From positions 96,001 through 160,000 of the IMG/VR virus record IMGVR_UViG_3300037247_001786: 64,000 nucleotides of DNA. The stretch is one strand, 5' to 3'. Positions 44,252 to 56,229 of the stretch are shown here, piece by piece. A model generated the notes under the pieces. That model saw only the letters and a list, made by a program, of their open reading frames with translations, made no database searches and was not told the DNA's origin. The stretch comes from a virus. Taxonomy: Duplodnaviria; Caudoviricetes. A program made the position numbers and the translations under genes. Numbering within the stretch: position 1 is the first letter of the stretch; each line of letters opens with the position of its first letter.

Positions 44252-47200
44252 AGCACAAATTAATCCTCAATTAGGACAATCTTTTAACAACGTCACTTTA
44301 CTCTTAACATCTGACAAGAAGGTAGATGCAAATGTTAAAGTAGAAAATGGTACGCACCTTTCAACTGTAGATGAATTTAAGATTAATGCTAATGAGGTAT
44401 CCATTGAAAGGCATATTGATTTAAATATCCCTGAACATTCTTCCGATTCTATGATATCTATATTTATCAGTATAGAAGAAAAAAATGACGATAGAGAGTT
44501 TGAATTAGTTCAAGTTATCCCTATAGTATATTGTATCGATGAGAAAGTTTTATCTGAAACAGATAGCTTATTTAATATCTCCCCTTCTTTTGCAGGACAA
44601 GATGATACTTGTAAAGTATCCGTTAAAGGAAAGACGGAAGATAGATATATTATCTCTATAAATGATAAAAGATTTAACGTTATAATAGGACCTTCGGGAA
44701 TAGGAACAATACATTTTAAATCAAAAGATGTATTAGGTTTAGATTTTGAGAATATTGTTCATAAGTTTCCTATGTATTATTATTCTTCGAGCGACAACTA
44801 TACAATAAAGTATTTTAGTGGAAATTATATTCATATTATTCCAAATGATATCAAAGCCGCTGTAGATGAAGATCCGAGATGTTTAGATTACGACCCTCTT
44901 ACGTGGACAGCAGCAGATCAATGTTTTACTAATATATCAAACTCTCCTGCTACGCCACTGTCGATTGAAATACCTAACCACGAAATACCCTCAACCTCAT
45001 GCGATTACGACGACTGTGATAGCACCTGTGCTTGTGAGAGCGTAACATCAGCTCTTGACGATGATGCATGTAGGATACATAAATTTTCAACTACCTTACT
45101 TTCTAATGGAATGGCTTTAAATTCTTATATTAGCGTTGATGATTCTATTGGATTAGGGGAAGACGAGTTTAACATACAGAGAATATTTATTAAGTCTGAT
45201 ACAACTTCTGTTGAGGCTCAGTTAATAGGTGCTCAAAATGTAGCTGTTTTGCCTAAAGAAGCCGATGAAAATTTTACTATCTTTATCGGGGAAAGTATTT
45301 ATAACAGGATAGTTGAATTAGAGGCAAACGGAAAAAGTGTTTTTGTAGTATTTATGGATGAAGATATACAGTATCAGGGCTTTCCTCTTATAGAGGTTCA
45401 GGATACAGATGAATATCTTGCATATTTTCCAGCGATAGTTGATAGGGACATAAGTAACGTTTCTATTAGTGAGCTAAAGCCATGCGTTTACGCAGTTTTT
45501 TATGAGTTTGATGGGGCAACGGTTGTCCCTAGTGTTATTATCCCTTCTGATATTCAAAAATTACCGTTTATAAATGTATTAGGTGAGCCAGTTACGGCAA
45601 CTAATATTTCTATATCATCTAATAGCGATTATAGAGGTACAGACGGCGAAAGTATTGTTCATGTTGTAGCTGAAGCGTATGTTTCTGGAAAGATTCAATT
45701 GTTTTATTATGGTTTTAGTGTTGGTCCGTCAGTATATACTTCTACTAATTCAGATAGTTGGACAATGTTAACCAGTACAGAAAATAATAAAAATGCAAAA
45801 ACTGTTACTGATAAATATAATAATTTACATATATTTTGGGAAAGTGATAGGACTGGATTATCTCAAATCTACTATGGAGTATTAGGACCTTCATCAGTTT
45901 TCTATTCAAATTCTGTTCTTTCTTCTATTATAGATAAAAAAGCTGAACTTAATAGAAAAGAAGATAAGCCTTTTGGATATTTACATCAAGATATTATCGA
46001 ATCAACTGGAGAAACGCTTTCAAGAGTTGTTGACGATGCTATATTCGAGTCCAATGGTGATATAATCTACCCTAACAAAGGAATACTAAGTACGGCTTGG
46101 GTTAAGAATGAGACCAATGATGGAGAAGTCTCGGTGACGGACTTTAATGACGTTGCTAATATTTCTATTACCGCTTCATCTCTTTCTGATACAGCAGTGG
46201 CTTTTACGTCTTTAAATAGGGATAATTTTTTAGATTTATCTTCAGGGCTTTTGTCGCAGATTAATTATCAAGTTTCTTTTGATTTTGATGGAGACCTGGG
46301 GCAGGACGCTAGCAGTAGTTTAGTATTGTTAGACCAAGATGATATAGACGATTTGTATAGCTCATTTAAGTCTCAGTTCACAGAAACAACTGATAGTGAT
46401 ATAGTTAATAATCTTCCATTTTATGTTTCCGGGAGTAACAGATTTACTATTGGAAAAGAAGAATCTATATATGATAGATTTATTCCTATGATGGGAGCAT
46501 ACAAGAATACTGATTTAGAGAATTATGTCGAGGGACAAACAACTTCAACTGATTTTGAGATAATCGCTTCAGGGTCTGATAGAACTTTAAATCATTTCTT
46601 TATAGCTGTAATTCCAGAAAAAATAAGATTTAAGGCAACGAATATAGAAGACTCAGATACATTTCAAAATCGAGTGGGAGAAAGCGTCACTTATGTGTTG
46701 GAAGAAATTCAAGAATATTATACTGGAAGAGCTTCGTTAGCAGTAATATACACAAATGATAATTATTTATTTGATTATGAACTTTCTAACACTATTGTAA
46801 GAAACATTTCTAAGCCATTTATTTTGTCAGAAACAACGCAAATGGAAATTTTAGTTAATTATTCTAAAATGTTTGGAGAAGATTCTACAAAATATCTTAA
46901 TGTTCCAGCAGCCTTATCTTCTGATTATCCAAGATTCGTTTGTAGTTTATCTGTAATTGTAGATCAAAATCCTGAATTCTCAGAATCATTTATTGTAGAT
47001 TTATCAGATCAATATAGATCTTTTGATATCGGTTTAGGGGTAACGTCTAAGGGAAGTTTTAAGGCAGACGTTTTCTATCCATACAATTCAAGTGTTTTCG
47101 AGAATACTGTTGTTCAGTTTAATTATTCCAATGTTGTTATTAGCTCTCCAACATATCAAGTTAATTCTTCTATAGGATCTATTCCTTCTTATGCTAGAGA

Positions 47201-49526
47201 GCAGTCTGATTTTTCTACATACGATTTTTATGGAAATACAGAAGACATTATTGAGAACTTTTTTGATAATTATGATTTCTTATTTGACGATATTATTTTA
47301 GACCCTAGTACAGGAGAGGTTATATCTGGTTACTCTGCGGAGGCAGTTGACCCTAGCACAGGAGATGGATTTGATATTTCTACACAGTCGAAATTTGCTC
47401 TTAATGAATTTATGCAATTACCTCTTACTCTAGAAGGGGTTAATAGTAATTTATCTATAAGTTTAGATTTTATAAATGATATTCATTTGTCTTGGCAGTC
47501 TAATAGAGATAGGAATTGGAATATTTTTTATTCGAATTCTACTGACAAAAAAATACCTTTTAGGTATGATACTAGAATAACTGATACTAACAGTAACAGC
47601 TTGAGTCCCGATGTAGCTACCGCTCAGGACGGAAAGAGAATGATAGTATGGCACGACAATAGGAACGAAATATTCCAAGTACTGTCGGCTCGTGCTCTCG
47701 AAAGTTCTGTTTCCGCTGATGAGGTATGCGAAAGAACAGGAAGACTACTTTATACTGACGAGACTGAAGCAGACACAGTTACCTCCGTCATTAATTTTTC
47801 TCAATCTAATGATGACATTTCTACGGGCGATCAAAATCTTCATTTTAGAGTCACTTTTTATGCCGACGCTGCTAAAGAGAGAGTAGTTTATTCTTCTTTC
47901 TCTCTAATAGATAATAAGAGATGGTACGTTAAGGGATCAACATATGGCTCTCTTCCAGAAAGCGGACTAGTTTTGCCAGACGATACATCTGTAGAGATAT
48001 TTTATGTGCCTGATATTTATCCTCAACAACTATTTAATCAGCAAACAGCTATCTCTCTTACGGGATCAGTAGAGGAGGTTTCATTATTAAGTGGTGTAAA
48101 ATATTATGTTGACATCGAATCGTATGATATAGATACTATTGAGACTACATTGATATCAACGGTTGAATTTAGATTTAATGCTTCAGATGTAGAGACTAAT
48201 TTTTGGAGAGAGGATCTCGACAAGAAGAGGTGGATATGTAGCGGACAAGGACAGGATGACTTAGTTGTTGTTGATAGGGGAGAACAATCTCTATTCCCAA
48301 GTATAGCGTCTAACATGTTTGAATATTTTTATATAGTTTGTCAAAGTTCAAAAGATGGAGTTGATACTATCGTAAATTCGTTCTGGGATACTTCTCTTGA
48401 TATGCTTTATAGTTCTGGTCAAGGTTTATGGGAAACAGAGGGTCCTTTCTCAGGACAACAACCTCATGTTATTATGGATCAAGGACAGAGTTTTTATATT
48501 GTAAGTTCAGATGACGATAATATATATTCTTCAAAATGTAGATTGCCATTTACATCGGGAGAGATAGTTTCTGACCCTTCTGCTGGTACTGCGGTTGAAA
48601 ATCTTTGCAAACCAGGAACACTAACCTCGCTAGATAGCTCATTTGGCGATTTTGTAGTTAGGGTTTCTAGTGAAGATACAGTGGGATCATTCGTAACAAA
48701 TAAAGACGACATTGTTTCAGTTATAGACAAGACGGCTATAAATATAGATATAGCTGGCGTCTATGGAGCTTATGCAGTTAGGATTAGAAATCAAAATGGT
48801 TCATGGAGTAGTTGGATAGATATTAATAATCAAGAATTTATTGAAAATGGTAGGTTTGTTGTTCCATGGTCTATTCCTAGAATTAATGGACTTCGACATC
48901 TCTGTTGTCAAGTTCTAACTATTTACGGAGTGACTCCTATTAATTGTATAGATATTTTTGTTAATATGCAGATAGTAGATTACGTTGTAGAATATTTTGA
49001 AGATATAGCGAGGACAAATGAGGTTACAGTTCTCGATGGATTTTCTTTATTAGCCACGAAAGGAGAGGATTCTGCTGAGATATATATAAGAGTTATCTTT
49101 AGTGAGCCTCAAGCGTATACAAGTTTAAAATTTGACGTTATCCATCAGGGTATATCTACTATATTTGATAAAGAATTGTTACCAGAAGGATCTCTTCCTA
49201 CTTTAAATTATCTTGGTAGTTTTACGATAAGAAAAGAAGATGGAATTTACGATAAAGACGGAACAGGTTTCTTAAAAGTTAAATTTAGAGATGAGTCTTC
49301 TAGTACTGATGAATGCGTATCAGATAAAAGAGATTTATATAATCAGATGCTAATTACTAGCGAATTGGAATTTTTAGATACCGTATCTCTTGACCCAGCA
49401 GACGCTTTTCAAGAATATTTAACAGGAACGGTTTCAAAAGTATTAGATATTAATGAATTTAAACAATATTATGATCAAGATGACCCAGACTCCTTATTCG
49501 GGGATGCTGGATTTTATAGGAATTAA
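44241..49526 (+). CDS. Very large virion protein with W.D.R propeller blades
   Basis: 1761 aa, acidic and Ser-rich; WESDRTGLSQIYYG, WQSNRDRNWNIFYS, WHDNRNEIFQV. Confidence 0.7.
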   Translation: MTYKAQINPQLGQSFNNVTLLLTSDKKVDANVKVENGTHLSTVDEFKINANEVSIERHIDLNIPEHSSDSMISIFISIEEKNDDREFELVQVIPIVYCIDEKVLSETDSLFNISPSFAGQDDTCKVSVKGKTEDRYIISINDKRFNVIIGPSGIGTIHFKSKDVLGLDFENIVHKFPMYYYSSSDNYTIKYFSGNYIHIIPNDIKAAVDEDPRCLDYDPLTWTAADQCFTNISNSPATPLSIEIPNHEIPSTSCDYDDCDSTCACESVTSALDDDACRIHKFSTTLLSNGMALNSYISVDDSIGLGEDEFNIQRIFIKSDTTSVEAQLIGAQNVAVLPKEADENFTIFIGESIYNRIVELEANGKSVFVVFMDEDIQYQGFPLIEVQDTDEYLAYFPAIVDRDISNVSISELKPCVYAVFYEFDGATVVPSVIIPSDIQKLPFINVLGEPVTATNISISSNSDYRGTDGESIVHVVAEAYVSGKIQLFYYGFSVGPSVYTSTNSDSWTMLTSTENNKNAKTVTDKYNNLHIFWESDRTGLSQIYYGVLGPSSVFYSNSVLSSIIDKKAELNRKEDKPFGYLHQDIIESTGETLSRVVDDAIFESNGDIIYPNKGILSTAWVKNETNDGEVSVTDFNDVANISITASSLSDTAVAFTSLNRDNFLDLSSGLLSQINYQVSFDFDGDLGQDASSSLVLLDQDDIDDLYSSFKSQFTETTDSDIVNNLPFYVSGSNRFTIGKEESIYDRFIPMMGAYKNTDLENYVEGQTTSTDFEIIASGSDRTLNHFFIAVIPEKIRFKATNIEDSDTFQNRVGESVTYVLEEIQEYYTGRASLAVIYTNDNYLFDYELSNTIVRNISKPFILSETTQMEILVNYSKMFGEDSTKYLNVPAALSSDYPRFVCSLSVIVDQNPEFSESFIVDLSDQYRSFDIGLGVTSKGSFKADVFYPYNSSVFENTVVQFNYSNVVISSPTYQVNSSIGSIPSYAREQSDFSTYDFYGNTEDIIENFFDNYDFLFDDIILDPSTGEVISGYSAEAVDPSTGDGFDISTQSKFALNEFMQLPLTLEGVNSNLSISLDFINDIHLSWQSNRDRNWNIFYSNSTDKKIPFRYDTRITDTNSNSLSPDVATAQDGKRMIVWHDNRNEIFQVLSARALESSVSADEVCERTGRLLYTDETEADTVTSVINFSQSNDDISTGDQNLHFRVTFYADAAKERVVYSSFSLIDNKRWYVKGSTYGSLPESGLVLPDDTSVEIFYVPDIYPQQLFNQQTAISLTGSVEEVSLLSGVKYYVDIESYDIDTIETTLISTVEFRFNASDVETNFWREDLDKKRWICSGQGQDDLVVVDRGEQSLFPSIASNMFEYFYIVCQSSKDGVDTIVNSFWDTSLDMLYSSGQGLWETEGPFSGQQPHVIMDQGQSFYIVSSDDDNIYSSKCRLPFTSGEIVSDPSAGTAVENLCKPGTLTSLDSSFGDFVVRVSSEDTVGSFVTNKDDIVSVIDKTAINIDIAGVYGAYAVRIRNQNGSWSSWIDINNQEFIENGRFVVPWSIPRINGLRHLCCQVLTIYGVTPINCIDIFVNMQIVDYVVEYFEDIARTNEVTVLDGFSLLATKGEDSAEIYIRVIFSEPQAYTSLKFDVIHQGISTIFDKELLPEGSLPTLNYLGSFTIRKEDGIYDKDGTGFLKVKFRDESSSTDECVSDKRDLYNQMLITSELEFLDTVSLDPADAFQEYLTGTVSKVLDINEFKQYYDQDDPDSLFGDAGFYRN

Positions 49527-49528
49527 TT

Positions 49529-51388
49529 ATGTCAATAATAGATAATCCAAGCATTGATGAGCATAGCTCTCCTACTTTAATATATCCAGTGGGGGGAGAG
49601 GTTTTATCTCATGAAACAATTCAAATATTATGGGAGGAGCCTTTTCTTTTAGCACAAGGTGATAATAACCTAATGTATTGGTACGAGATTTTTTACTCTA
49701 TCGATTCCATAATAGAAGATGATAGATCCTGGCATAAAATAGCTGACATCCCTTCTGGCAATTCTATTTTTAATTGGAAGATACCTCATCAAATAAGAAA
49801 TGATAATTGCAGGGTTGGGATAAGAACAGTTGATAGCGAGGGGGGTAGAACTCCTATAATTATGTCTTCGAGTACTTTTTCTGTAAAGAATAGAAGCCTT
49901 CCGTCTCCAGCGATATTCTCTCCTATAGAGGGAGATAAATTTTTTACATATATCCCTGTAACATTTGATCAAAATGGTCTTGCAGGGCAATTCCCAAAAA
50001 GGGCTCACTATAGGATATCGTACAGCTCTAGTGATATTGAAACAGATTGGATTTGTATTGGAGATGATATCCCGATAACGACCTCTGTAACATATATAGA
50101 TGTTAGCGACTTAGTTTCTTCTAATGATTATTCATTTAAATTCGAATTAATAGATGGCGAAAACTCTTCAGACCCAGTTTTTGTAAATAACATAACTATT
50201 AATAATTTAGATTTCTTTAAAATTGACACAGTCCCCCCATCAGGAACAATTTCTGTAAGGAATAATGCGGAATATATTAACAACAGAGACATTATATTAG
50301 AGTTAACATCTTATGATAAAACATCTGGCACTAAATCATTTAGAATAATACAAAAAGAAATAGACAATAGCGAATTGGCTGATACCTCAAGCCCTTTGTA
50401 TCCCATATCCGACATAGCTAGTTGGAGAGTTGTTAATCCTGACGGGATAAAACTTATACAATCTTCTTTCGTTGACCATGCTGGAAATGTTTTAGAGGCG
50501 TCTGATAGCGATTTCTTTTTTAGAACATATAAGTCTATTGATAACAGAGAAATAACTTCTATATTAGTTAATAAAAATGGAGCTGATTATGATATATGGA
50601 TAGCGGTTGGAGGTACAGATCCTGAGTTATTTTTAAATGGATCGACGGTAGTCGGAGCTGAATCTGTGGGAACTCTTAGTTATCTTCCAGCCAATATTTC
50701 AGGAAGCAGTCTTGATTATGAACAAAGATATAACGTTGAAGATCTAGGCAATATAGACGTAACATTTGAAGCTTTTACAGTCAAAGATAGACTCGTAATA
50801 GAGGGAGGAGGAAGTGTCTTAAAGGATACAGGTCTTATCTCCGGATCCGAGTCTTTTAATCTTTCAGTCGCTGGAATAACTGAGATAATAGTTAAAGTAA
50901 CTTCCAATTCTGCTGGAACAGGTTGGATATATACTATAGATAGTAAAAATGAATATGAGTTAACTAGTGATTTTTACGATACCGCTGCGAGCCAAGATAA
51001 TCCGGCAGGAGAAGTTTTATCTATGGCTATGTATAATGAAGTTTTGTATCTTGGAGTAAAAACTAAAGATGCTCATGGGCTATTACAAAGATATACAGGT
51101 AGTCATGTAGAATCTGTTTACGAGATACCTACTTTAGATTCAGTTATTAATTCTATGGTAGTCTTCGATAATAGACTTTTTATTGCATGTGAAAATGGAG
51201 AATTATATAGCTTTAATGGAACAACTGTTCAAATAGAAAATGATGGAGATGCATTTGAGTCTGGATTACATAAAATAGGAACAGATGGAAATTTATTGTA
51301 TATATTTTTAAGTAATTCTAACGATATATATACAGCATATAAGGACTCTGTTGGGGAGTTAGTTTATATTAAAACAACTTTAGGATAA
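49529..51388 (+). CDS. Virion protein with Ig/FN3-like domains and C-terminal propeller
   Basis: 619 aa; PTLIYPVGGEVL...IQILWE, DTVPPSGTISV. Confidence 0.65.
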   Translation: MSIIDNPSIDEHSSPTLIYPVGGEVLSHETIQILWEEPFLLAQGDNNLMYWYEIFYSIDSIIEDDRSWHKIADIPSGNSIFNWKIPHQIRNDNCRVGIRTVDSEGGRTPIIMSSSTFSVKNRSLPSPAIFSPIEGDKFFTYIPVTFDQNGLAGQFPKRAHYRISYSSSDIETDWICIGDDIPITTSVTYIDVSDLVSSNDYSFKFELIDGENSSDPVFVNNITINNLDFFKIDTVPPSGTISVRNNAEYINNRDIILELTSYDKTSGTKSFRIIQKEIDNSELADTSSPLYPISDIASWRVVNPDGIKLIQSSFVDHAGNVLEASDSDFFFRTYKSIDNREITSILVNKNGADYDIWIAVGGTDPELFLNGSTVVGAESVGTLSYLPANISGSSLDYEQRYNVEDLGNIDVTFEAFTVKDRLVIEGGGSVLKDTGLISGSESFNLSVAGITEIIVKVTSNSAGTGWIYTIDSKNEYELTSDFYDTAASQDNPAGEVLSMAMYNEVLYLGVKTKDAHGLLQRYTGSHVESVYEIPTLDSVINSMVVFDNRLFIACENGELYSFNGTTVQIENDGDAFESGLHKIGTDGNLLYIFLSNSNDIYTAYKDSVGELVYIKTTLG

Positions 51389-51397
51389 TGAATTAAT

Positions 51398-53077
51398 ATG
51401 AGTAGTTATTTAAAATTAGATACCAGTTTAGATTCGTACATTTCTTTTGCCGACGCAGTTTTTCCTGCTGTCGGAACGGATAGTGCTTCTTTTGCTATCT
51501 GGTGTAAACTTAATAGTAAGTCAACCTCAATGACTTTATTTCATAAGCATGATGGAGCAACAGGATATAAAGCTATTTTTAATGAAGAAGTTAATGGCGA
51601 TTTATCACTAGAGTTTATAGTTGATGGGGCTACCACTAAAACGTCGAGAATAGAAAATATTCCAACTAAACTAGATGAATGGCAATTATTTGTCTTTTTA
51701 ATTGACAGAACTGGTAATCAGAGTATCTATATTGACGCGGTATTGCATGCTGATACATATACCATTGGAACATCTCCGTCTGGGACAGTTGATAATGCAT
51801 CTGATTTTTATGTAGGAGTTGATCTTTTAAATCCATCAGTTTCTTCATCAGGTAGTATAGATATAGATGGTTTTGCTTTTTATAATGGGTATCTTTTAAC
51901 TCAATCTAATATTAGAGATATATACAATCGAGGGATGGGAGTTAAACTGGAGCAAACAACTCCTAATCTTACTTTCGGATTAAATATAGACGAGGGAACT
52001 GGAACATCATTAACCGATATCGTCGCTTCTGTATTAGGGGCTATTAATACTAACGATAGTTCATTAATATGGGATGTATCAGGTGTTGACGTTATGAGTC
52101 CGTCTCATATTAAGCTTTATTTAACTAGTCTTGAACCAGACTTGGCTCAAACTAATTACTCTCAATCTATAGGAGGATATATTAGTCAGTCTCTTTTATA
52201 TCCAGAGACAACTCTTGCTTCATCAGTTGGGTTATACCAAACAAGTGCCACTCTCGTTTCTGCGACAGGATTGTTGGGGTCAACAGATATCGCATTGAGA
52301 ACGGAGATAGCAAAGGTAGAGGCAATAACAGGGACAACCGTTACAATCGTAGAGAGAGGGATAAATGGGTCAATCGGTTATTATCCGTCAGGGACAGTCG
52401 TACAGGGACTTACTCTTCTTTTTAATGATTCCTTTAACACTGGTAGAAAACAATATAGATGTTATGCTATAAAAAATATATCGACTTCCGAAACGGCATA
52501 TGATCTTTCAATATATTTAAAACAATTGAGTAGAAATTCTGGAACAACTATAAAATTAGCGTTAGAGTATCCTAGAAGTCAGGAGATTACAGGGGCTTCT
52601 ACTAGTTGGACATCTTCGATGTTGGTAGATAGTTCTATTGCGGGGGTCTATGAAGATAATTTATTCACAGATTCTTATATGACTTTTGAAGATTCTCCTA
52701 ACTCTGGAGAGAGAAGAAGAATAAATAGTTACGATGGAGACACAGGTACATTTGTTTTTGCTGATTCATTGCCAATAGATTTTGATGTGTTAGTTCATAA
52801 TGCTATTATAAATTATACTGTCGATGCTTCACCGGCACAGAGGGTTAAGTCGGGTATTGATGCTCCTATAGATAGTGATTACATTTCAGAATTTTCAACG
52901 GTTATAGATAGGGGCAATGCGATAGAGCTTATTAATTTAGATACTATTGGGTCTTTTCTTCCAGGAGATATTATTTATGTTTGGGTAGAGAGGGAAATAG
53001 GGAAATCTAACAGTTCCTATGTTGACAATAGTTTTGTTTTGAGTATAGATTTTAATAGAGATTTGGGGGGTAATTAA
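51398..53077 (+). CDS. LamG/concanavalin A-like domain virion protein
   Basis: SFAIWCKL...WQLFVFLIDR.G...IYIDAV...FYVG...IDGFAFYNGYLLTQSNI. Confidence 0.78.
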   Translation: MSSYLKLDTSLDSYISFADAVFPAVGTDSASFAIWCKLNSKSTSMTLFHKHDGATGYKAIFNEEVNGDLSLEFIVDGATTKTSRIENIPTKLDEWQLFVFLIDRTGNQSIYIDAVLHADTYTIGTSPSGTVDNASDFYVGVDLLNPSVSSSGSIDIDGFAFYNGYLLTQSNIRDIYNRGMGVKLEQTTPNLTFGLNIDEGTGTSLTDIVASVLGAINTNDSSLIWDVSGVDVMSPSHIKLYLTSLEPDLAQTNYSQSIGGYISQSLLYPETTLASSVGLYQTSATLVSATGLLGSTDIALRTEIAKVEAITGTTVTIVERGINGSIGYYPSGTVVQGLTLLFNDSFNTGRKQYRCYAIKNISTSETAYDLSIYLKQLSRNSGTTIKLALEYPRSQEITGASTSWTSSMLVDSSIAGVYEDNLFTDSYMTFEDSPNSGERRRINSYDGDTGTFVFADSLPIDFDVLVHNAIINYTVDASPAQRVKSGIDAPIDSDYISEFSTVIDRGNAIELINLDTIGSFLPGDIIYVWVEREIGKSNSSYVDNSFVLSIDFNRDLGGN

Positions 53078-53078
53078 T

Positions 53079-54098
53079 ATGTATGTATCTTATGTAAAAA
53101 TGTTGATGGACTTTAATGACTCCACATTGTTTGACCCAGTAAGTGGGATATTTTTTAATGCTGTAAACAGCGGGACTAATACGTCAGTGTCCATTAGTAA
53201 TTCAGGGTATCATATGAGACAAGACCAGTATCTCGTTGGAAGAGATATCCCTATTAACACTGATTCATCTGGATTTTCTTTTGGTTTTTGGTTGTATCCT
53301 GTAAATCCAGGACAAGTTAGAAATACAGATTCCGATGAAATAGAAGCTCTAAGAATGCCTGTAATAATATTTGCTGATCCTTCTGGCGATTTTGATGATG
53401 TTTTAATATCTGTTTATGAGAATACTAATGTAGATGGAACTAATAAATTAGAGTTAACACTTAAAAGCTCCGATCCGTCCATAGGGGACACCTCATATGT
53501 TGTTTATTCAGATTCATATACAGAAAGGGTATCGCATCATTTCTTTATTAATATTTCGCTAGAAAAAGAAGAGGTACAGATATTAATAGATGGAGTTGAA
53601 AGTTCTTTAAATAATCCTACCGGAACGCTTCCTTCTTCTTTCGAATACTCTGCAATAGACGTTGGCATTAATAGAATAATGGAAGATTCTTATGACTATA
53701 ATATAGCAAATAATTTTGGAATAATAGATGATATAGGATTTTTTAATTTACAATTTGATGTCGAGAGTATACTTCCTAAACTTATAAATGAAGGTTTAGA
53801 GGAATTCGCAGATATAGATTTAAGAGATAGGGAAGAATTTTTTCAAAGTAATTTATTTGATGATCCGACGACTTTGAAGGTAAATGCGATGATAGACGAT
53901 ATGAGTTATGTTTACCTAGCAAGGAACGATGGAAAAATATTATTTGGATCTCCTCTATTATGGGAATCAAGGAAAGTATTTTCAGATGGTAATGAGGATG
54001 CATTGTTAAACGATTTTGTTATTACTGAGGATAGCCCAATTTCAGCAGTTGTGCAAAATGGTTTTCTCGAAATAAAAGATTCAATTATAAGGTTATAA
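53079..54098 (+). CDS. LamG/concanavalin A-like domain virion protein
   Basis: FSFGFWLYP...HHFFINI...ILIDGV...GIIDDIGFFN. Confidence 0.72.
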   Translation: MYVSYVKMLMDFNDSTLFDPVSGIFFNAVNSGTNTSVSISNSGYHMRQDQYLVGRDIPINTDSSGFSFGFWLYPVNPGQVRNTDSDEIEALRMPVIIFADPSGDFDDVLISVYENTNVDGTNKLELTLKSSDPSIGDTSYVVYSDSYTERVSHHFFINISLEKEEVQILIDGVESSLNNPTGTLPSSFEYSAIDVGINRIMEDSYDYNIANNFGIIDDIGFFNLQFDVESILPKLINEGLEEFADIDLRDREEFFQSNLFDDPTTLKVNAMIDDMSYVYLARNDGKILFGSPLLWESRKVFSDGNEDALLNDFVITEDSPISAVVQNGFLEIKDSIIRL

Positions 54099-54099
54099 A

Positions 54100-56226
54100 A
54101 TGGCTACAGACTTAAACGTACAAATAAAAATTAATAATCAAAATGTAGTTTCACAGAACACTCCAGTGAGGGTCGTCGGAGGAGTTACGGTTTTTTCATG
54201 GGAATTTGATGGAATCTCCCTTGTAGATGTTGATGAAACTGATGGAACATTTGATCTAGAATCTATTGGGGGGCAAATAGCGGTCGAGATAAAAATAGCG
54301 GATAATAATATTAATTTAGGATCCGAAAGTTTTAATGGAAATGTTGCTTCTATAGAATTTACGTCTTGGACAGCAAGGTCATGGAAGTACGTGGGACCTT
54401 TTCTGGAACGAGGTCAAACATATTATGGGCAGATAAGGTTAATAGATGAAGCTAGCAGAACAAGTACCCCTGTTGCATTTTCTTTTCTAGTAAATACTTT
54501 ATCAGCAGCTTCAAGTGCCGTGGTCTCACCGTCAAGCCCTACAGTAGATGATGATATCGTTTTGACTTATGACTATTCTGATCCAGATGCTGATATAGAG
54601 GGAGACACTTTAGTAAGATGGTTTAGGAATGGGGTCTATCAGAGAAATTTAGATGGGCAGCTTCTTATAGGTTCTTCTTATATGCAAATAGACGATATCT
54701 GGTACGCAGATGTTCTTCCACATGACGGTTACGAGTATGGGTCAAGAATCTCTTCTAATTCTGTCCAGGTTATTAGAACTCTTATTTCTATTTCCTCTGC
54801 TGCTATATCTCCTACTTCTCCTAACGAAAATGACATTTTAAAAGCAGATTATAAAGTTGATATATTGTCTATACAAGAAGATATATCTATTAGATGGTTC
54901 GTTAATAACGTTATACAAGAATCCTTTATCGATAAACAATATATGAGATATGATGCGACACCAGGAGACATAGTTAGATATGAAGTCAAAACAGAATCTG
55001 GAACTATTTTTATATCTTCTGACGATGTAACTATTGTTGCTAGTGATTTTTCTGTTTATGATATAAAAGTAGATGGGATGCTGGAATCGTTGGAGGTTTC
55101 CACGACGACACCAAGCGTGAGATGGAAAACCCACATACCAGAGGGTAGAGATATTAATTATACCCGTATTCAAATAGGTACTTTTTATGAAGCTGAAAAT
55201 ATTTATAACAACGTTATAGAAATAGACAAGGATAATTTTACTGTTCCTGCGAATATATTAAAAAGAGGGGTTGATTACTATATATCTATAACTATTAGTG
55301 ACACAACTTCCTTTGGTCAATCTTCCACTTCTCATTTTAGAGTAAAAGGGTCTCGATGGAGCGATTCTGTAGACAATGACACAGGTTGGTCTATTGAAAC
55401 TATCTACTTAATACAAGATAGTGGCGATTTTAGCTCTTCTGAATATCAAGTATTCCGCATTTCAGATGGAACTTTTTTTGCAGAAGTAAGGCTACATAAT
55501 AATAAAATAGCTTTTGTCTCTGAAGATTTTACATATGTTGATATCGACTCTAGTGATAGAAACCTATTAACTATAGTTGGTAAGGGAAATGACGTTAAAA
55601 TATATTTAGATAGAACATTAGTATTGGACGCTACTGGCAAATTTACTCAAAGGACAACGGAGAAAATTTTAGAGTTAGGAAATATAACAGGGTCAACTTT
55701 CTTTTTTACATATAAATATATTTATTATACAATTTCAGGAGACTACCATCCAGGAGAGTCTTCCGAATATTCCAATATGCAGTTTTCTACATTTTTACAA
55801 TTAGAGAATAACGAGATAGTTGCTTTAAAAGGATATATAGAGGTCGTAGATGGGATTACCACAGATACAAAGGTTTTCGCTTCCAATCCTGATGATGAAG
55901 ATGAAAGCGGAAGTGTTTATTCTATACTATCTTCTAATAAATATAAAGTTGGAACTGTTCCTAAAACTTATTCTCCTATAAATAAAATAAGAAAATCTCC
56001 AGATGGTAAAAAAGTTGGAATAGCTCATGCGAAAGGGGCATCTGTTGTAACGGGGTATTTAATTAATCCGTTTAACTTCGAGATAGATTTTACGGAAGAA
56101 GATAGCGATGGTGAGTTTCCTTTACCAGAAGATAATGGTTGGGAGTTGGTACAGAATATGGGATGGACAGCATCTTATTTTAATAATGATGGTTTTAATA
56201 TTAATACCATAATACAGAGAGATTAA
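54100..56226 (+). CDS. Virion protein with two Ig-like repeats and a lectin-like domain
   Basis: SPSSPTVDDDIVLTYDY...VRWFRNG and SPTSPNENDILKADY...IRWFVNN repeats. Confidence 0.7.
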   Translation: MATDLNVQIKINNQNVVSQNTPVRVVGGVTVFSWEFDGISLVDVDETDGTFDLESIGGQIAVEIKIADNNINLGSESFNGNVASIEFTSWTARSWKYVGPFLERGQTYYGQIRLIDEASRTSTPVAFSFLVNTLSAASSAVVSPSSPTVDDDIVLTYDYSDPDADIEGDTLVRWFRNGVYQRNLDGQLLIGSSYMQIDDIWYADVLPHDGYEYGSRISSNSVQVIRTLISISSAAISPTSPNENDILKADYKVDILSIQEDISIRWFVNNVIQESFIDKQYMRYDATPGDIVRYEVKTESGTIFISSDDVTIVASDFSVYDIKVDGMLESLEVSTTTPSVRWKTHIPEGRDINYTRIQIGTFYEAENIYNNVIEIDKDNFTVPANILKRGVDYYISITISDTTSFGQSSTSHFRVKGSRWSDSVDNDTGWSIETIYLIQDSGDFSSSEYQVFRISDGTFFAEVRLHNNKIAFVSEDFTYVDIDSSDRNLLTIVGKGNDVKIYLDRTLVLDATGKFTQRTTEKILELGNITGSTFFFTYKYIYYTISGDYHPGESSEYSNMQFSTFLQLENNEIVALKGYIEVVDGITTDTKVFASNPDDEDESGSVYSILSSNKYKVGTVPKTYSPINKIRKSPDGKKVGIAHAKGASVVTGYLINPFNFEIDFTEEDSDGEFPLPEDNGWELVQNMGWTASYFNNDGFNINTIIQRD

Positions 56227-56229
56227 AAA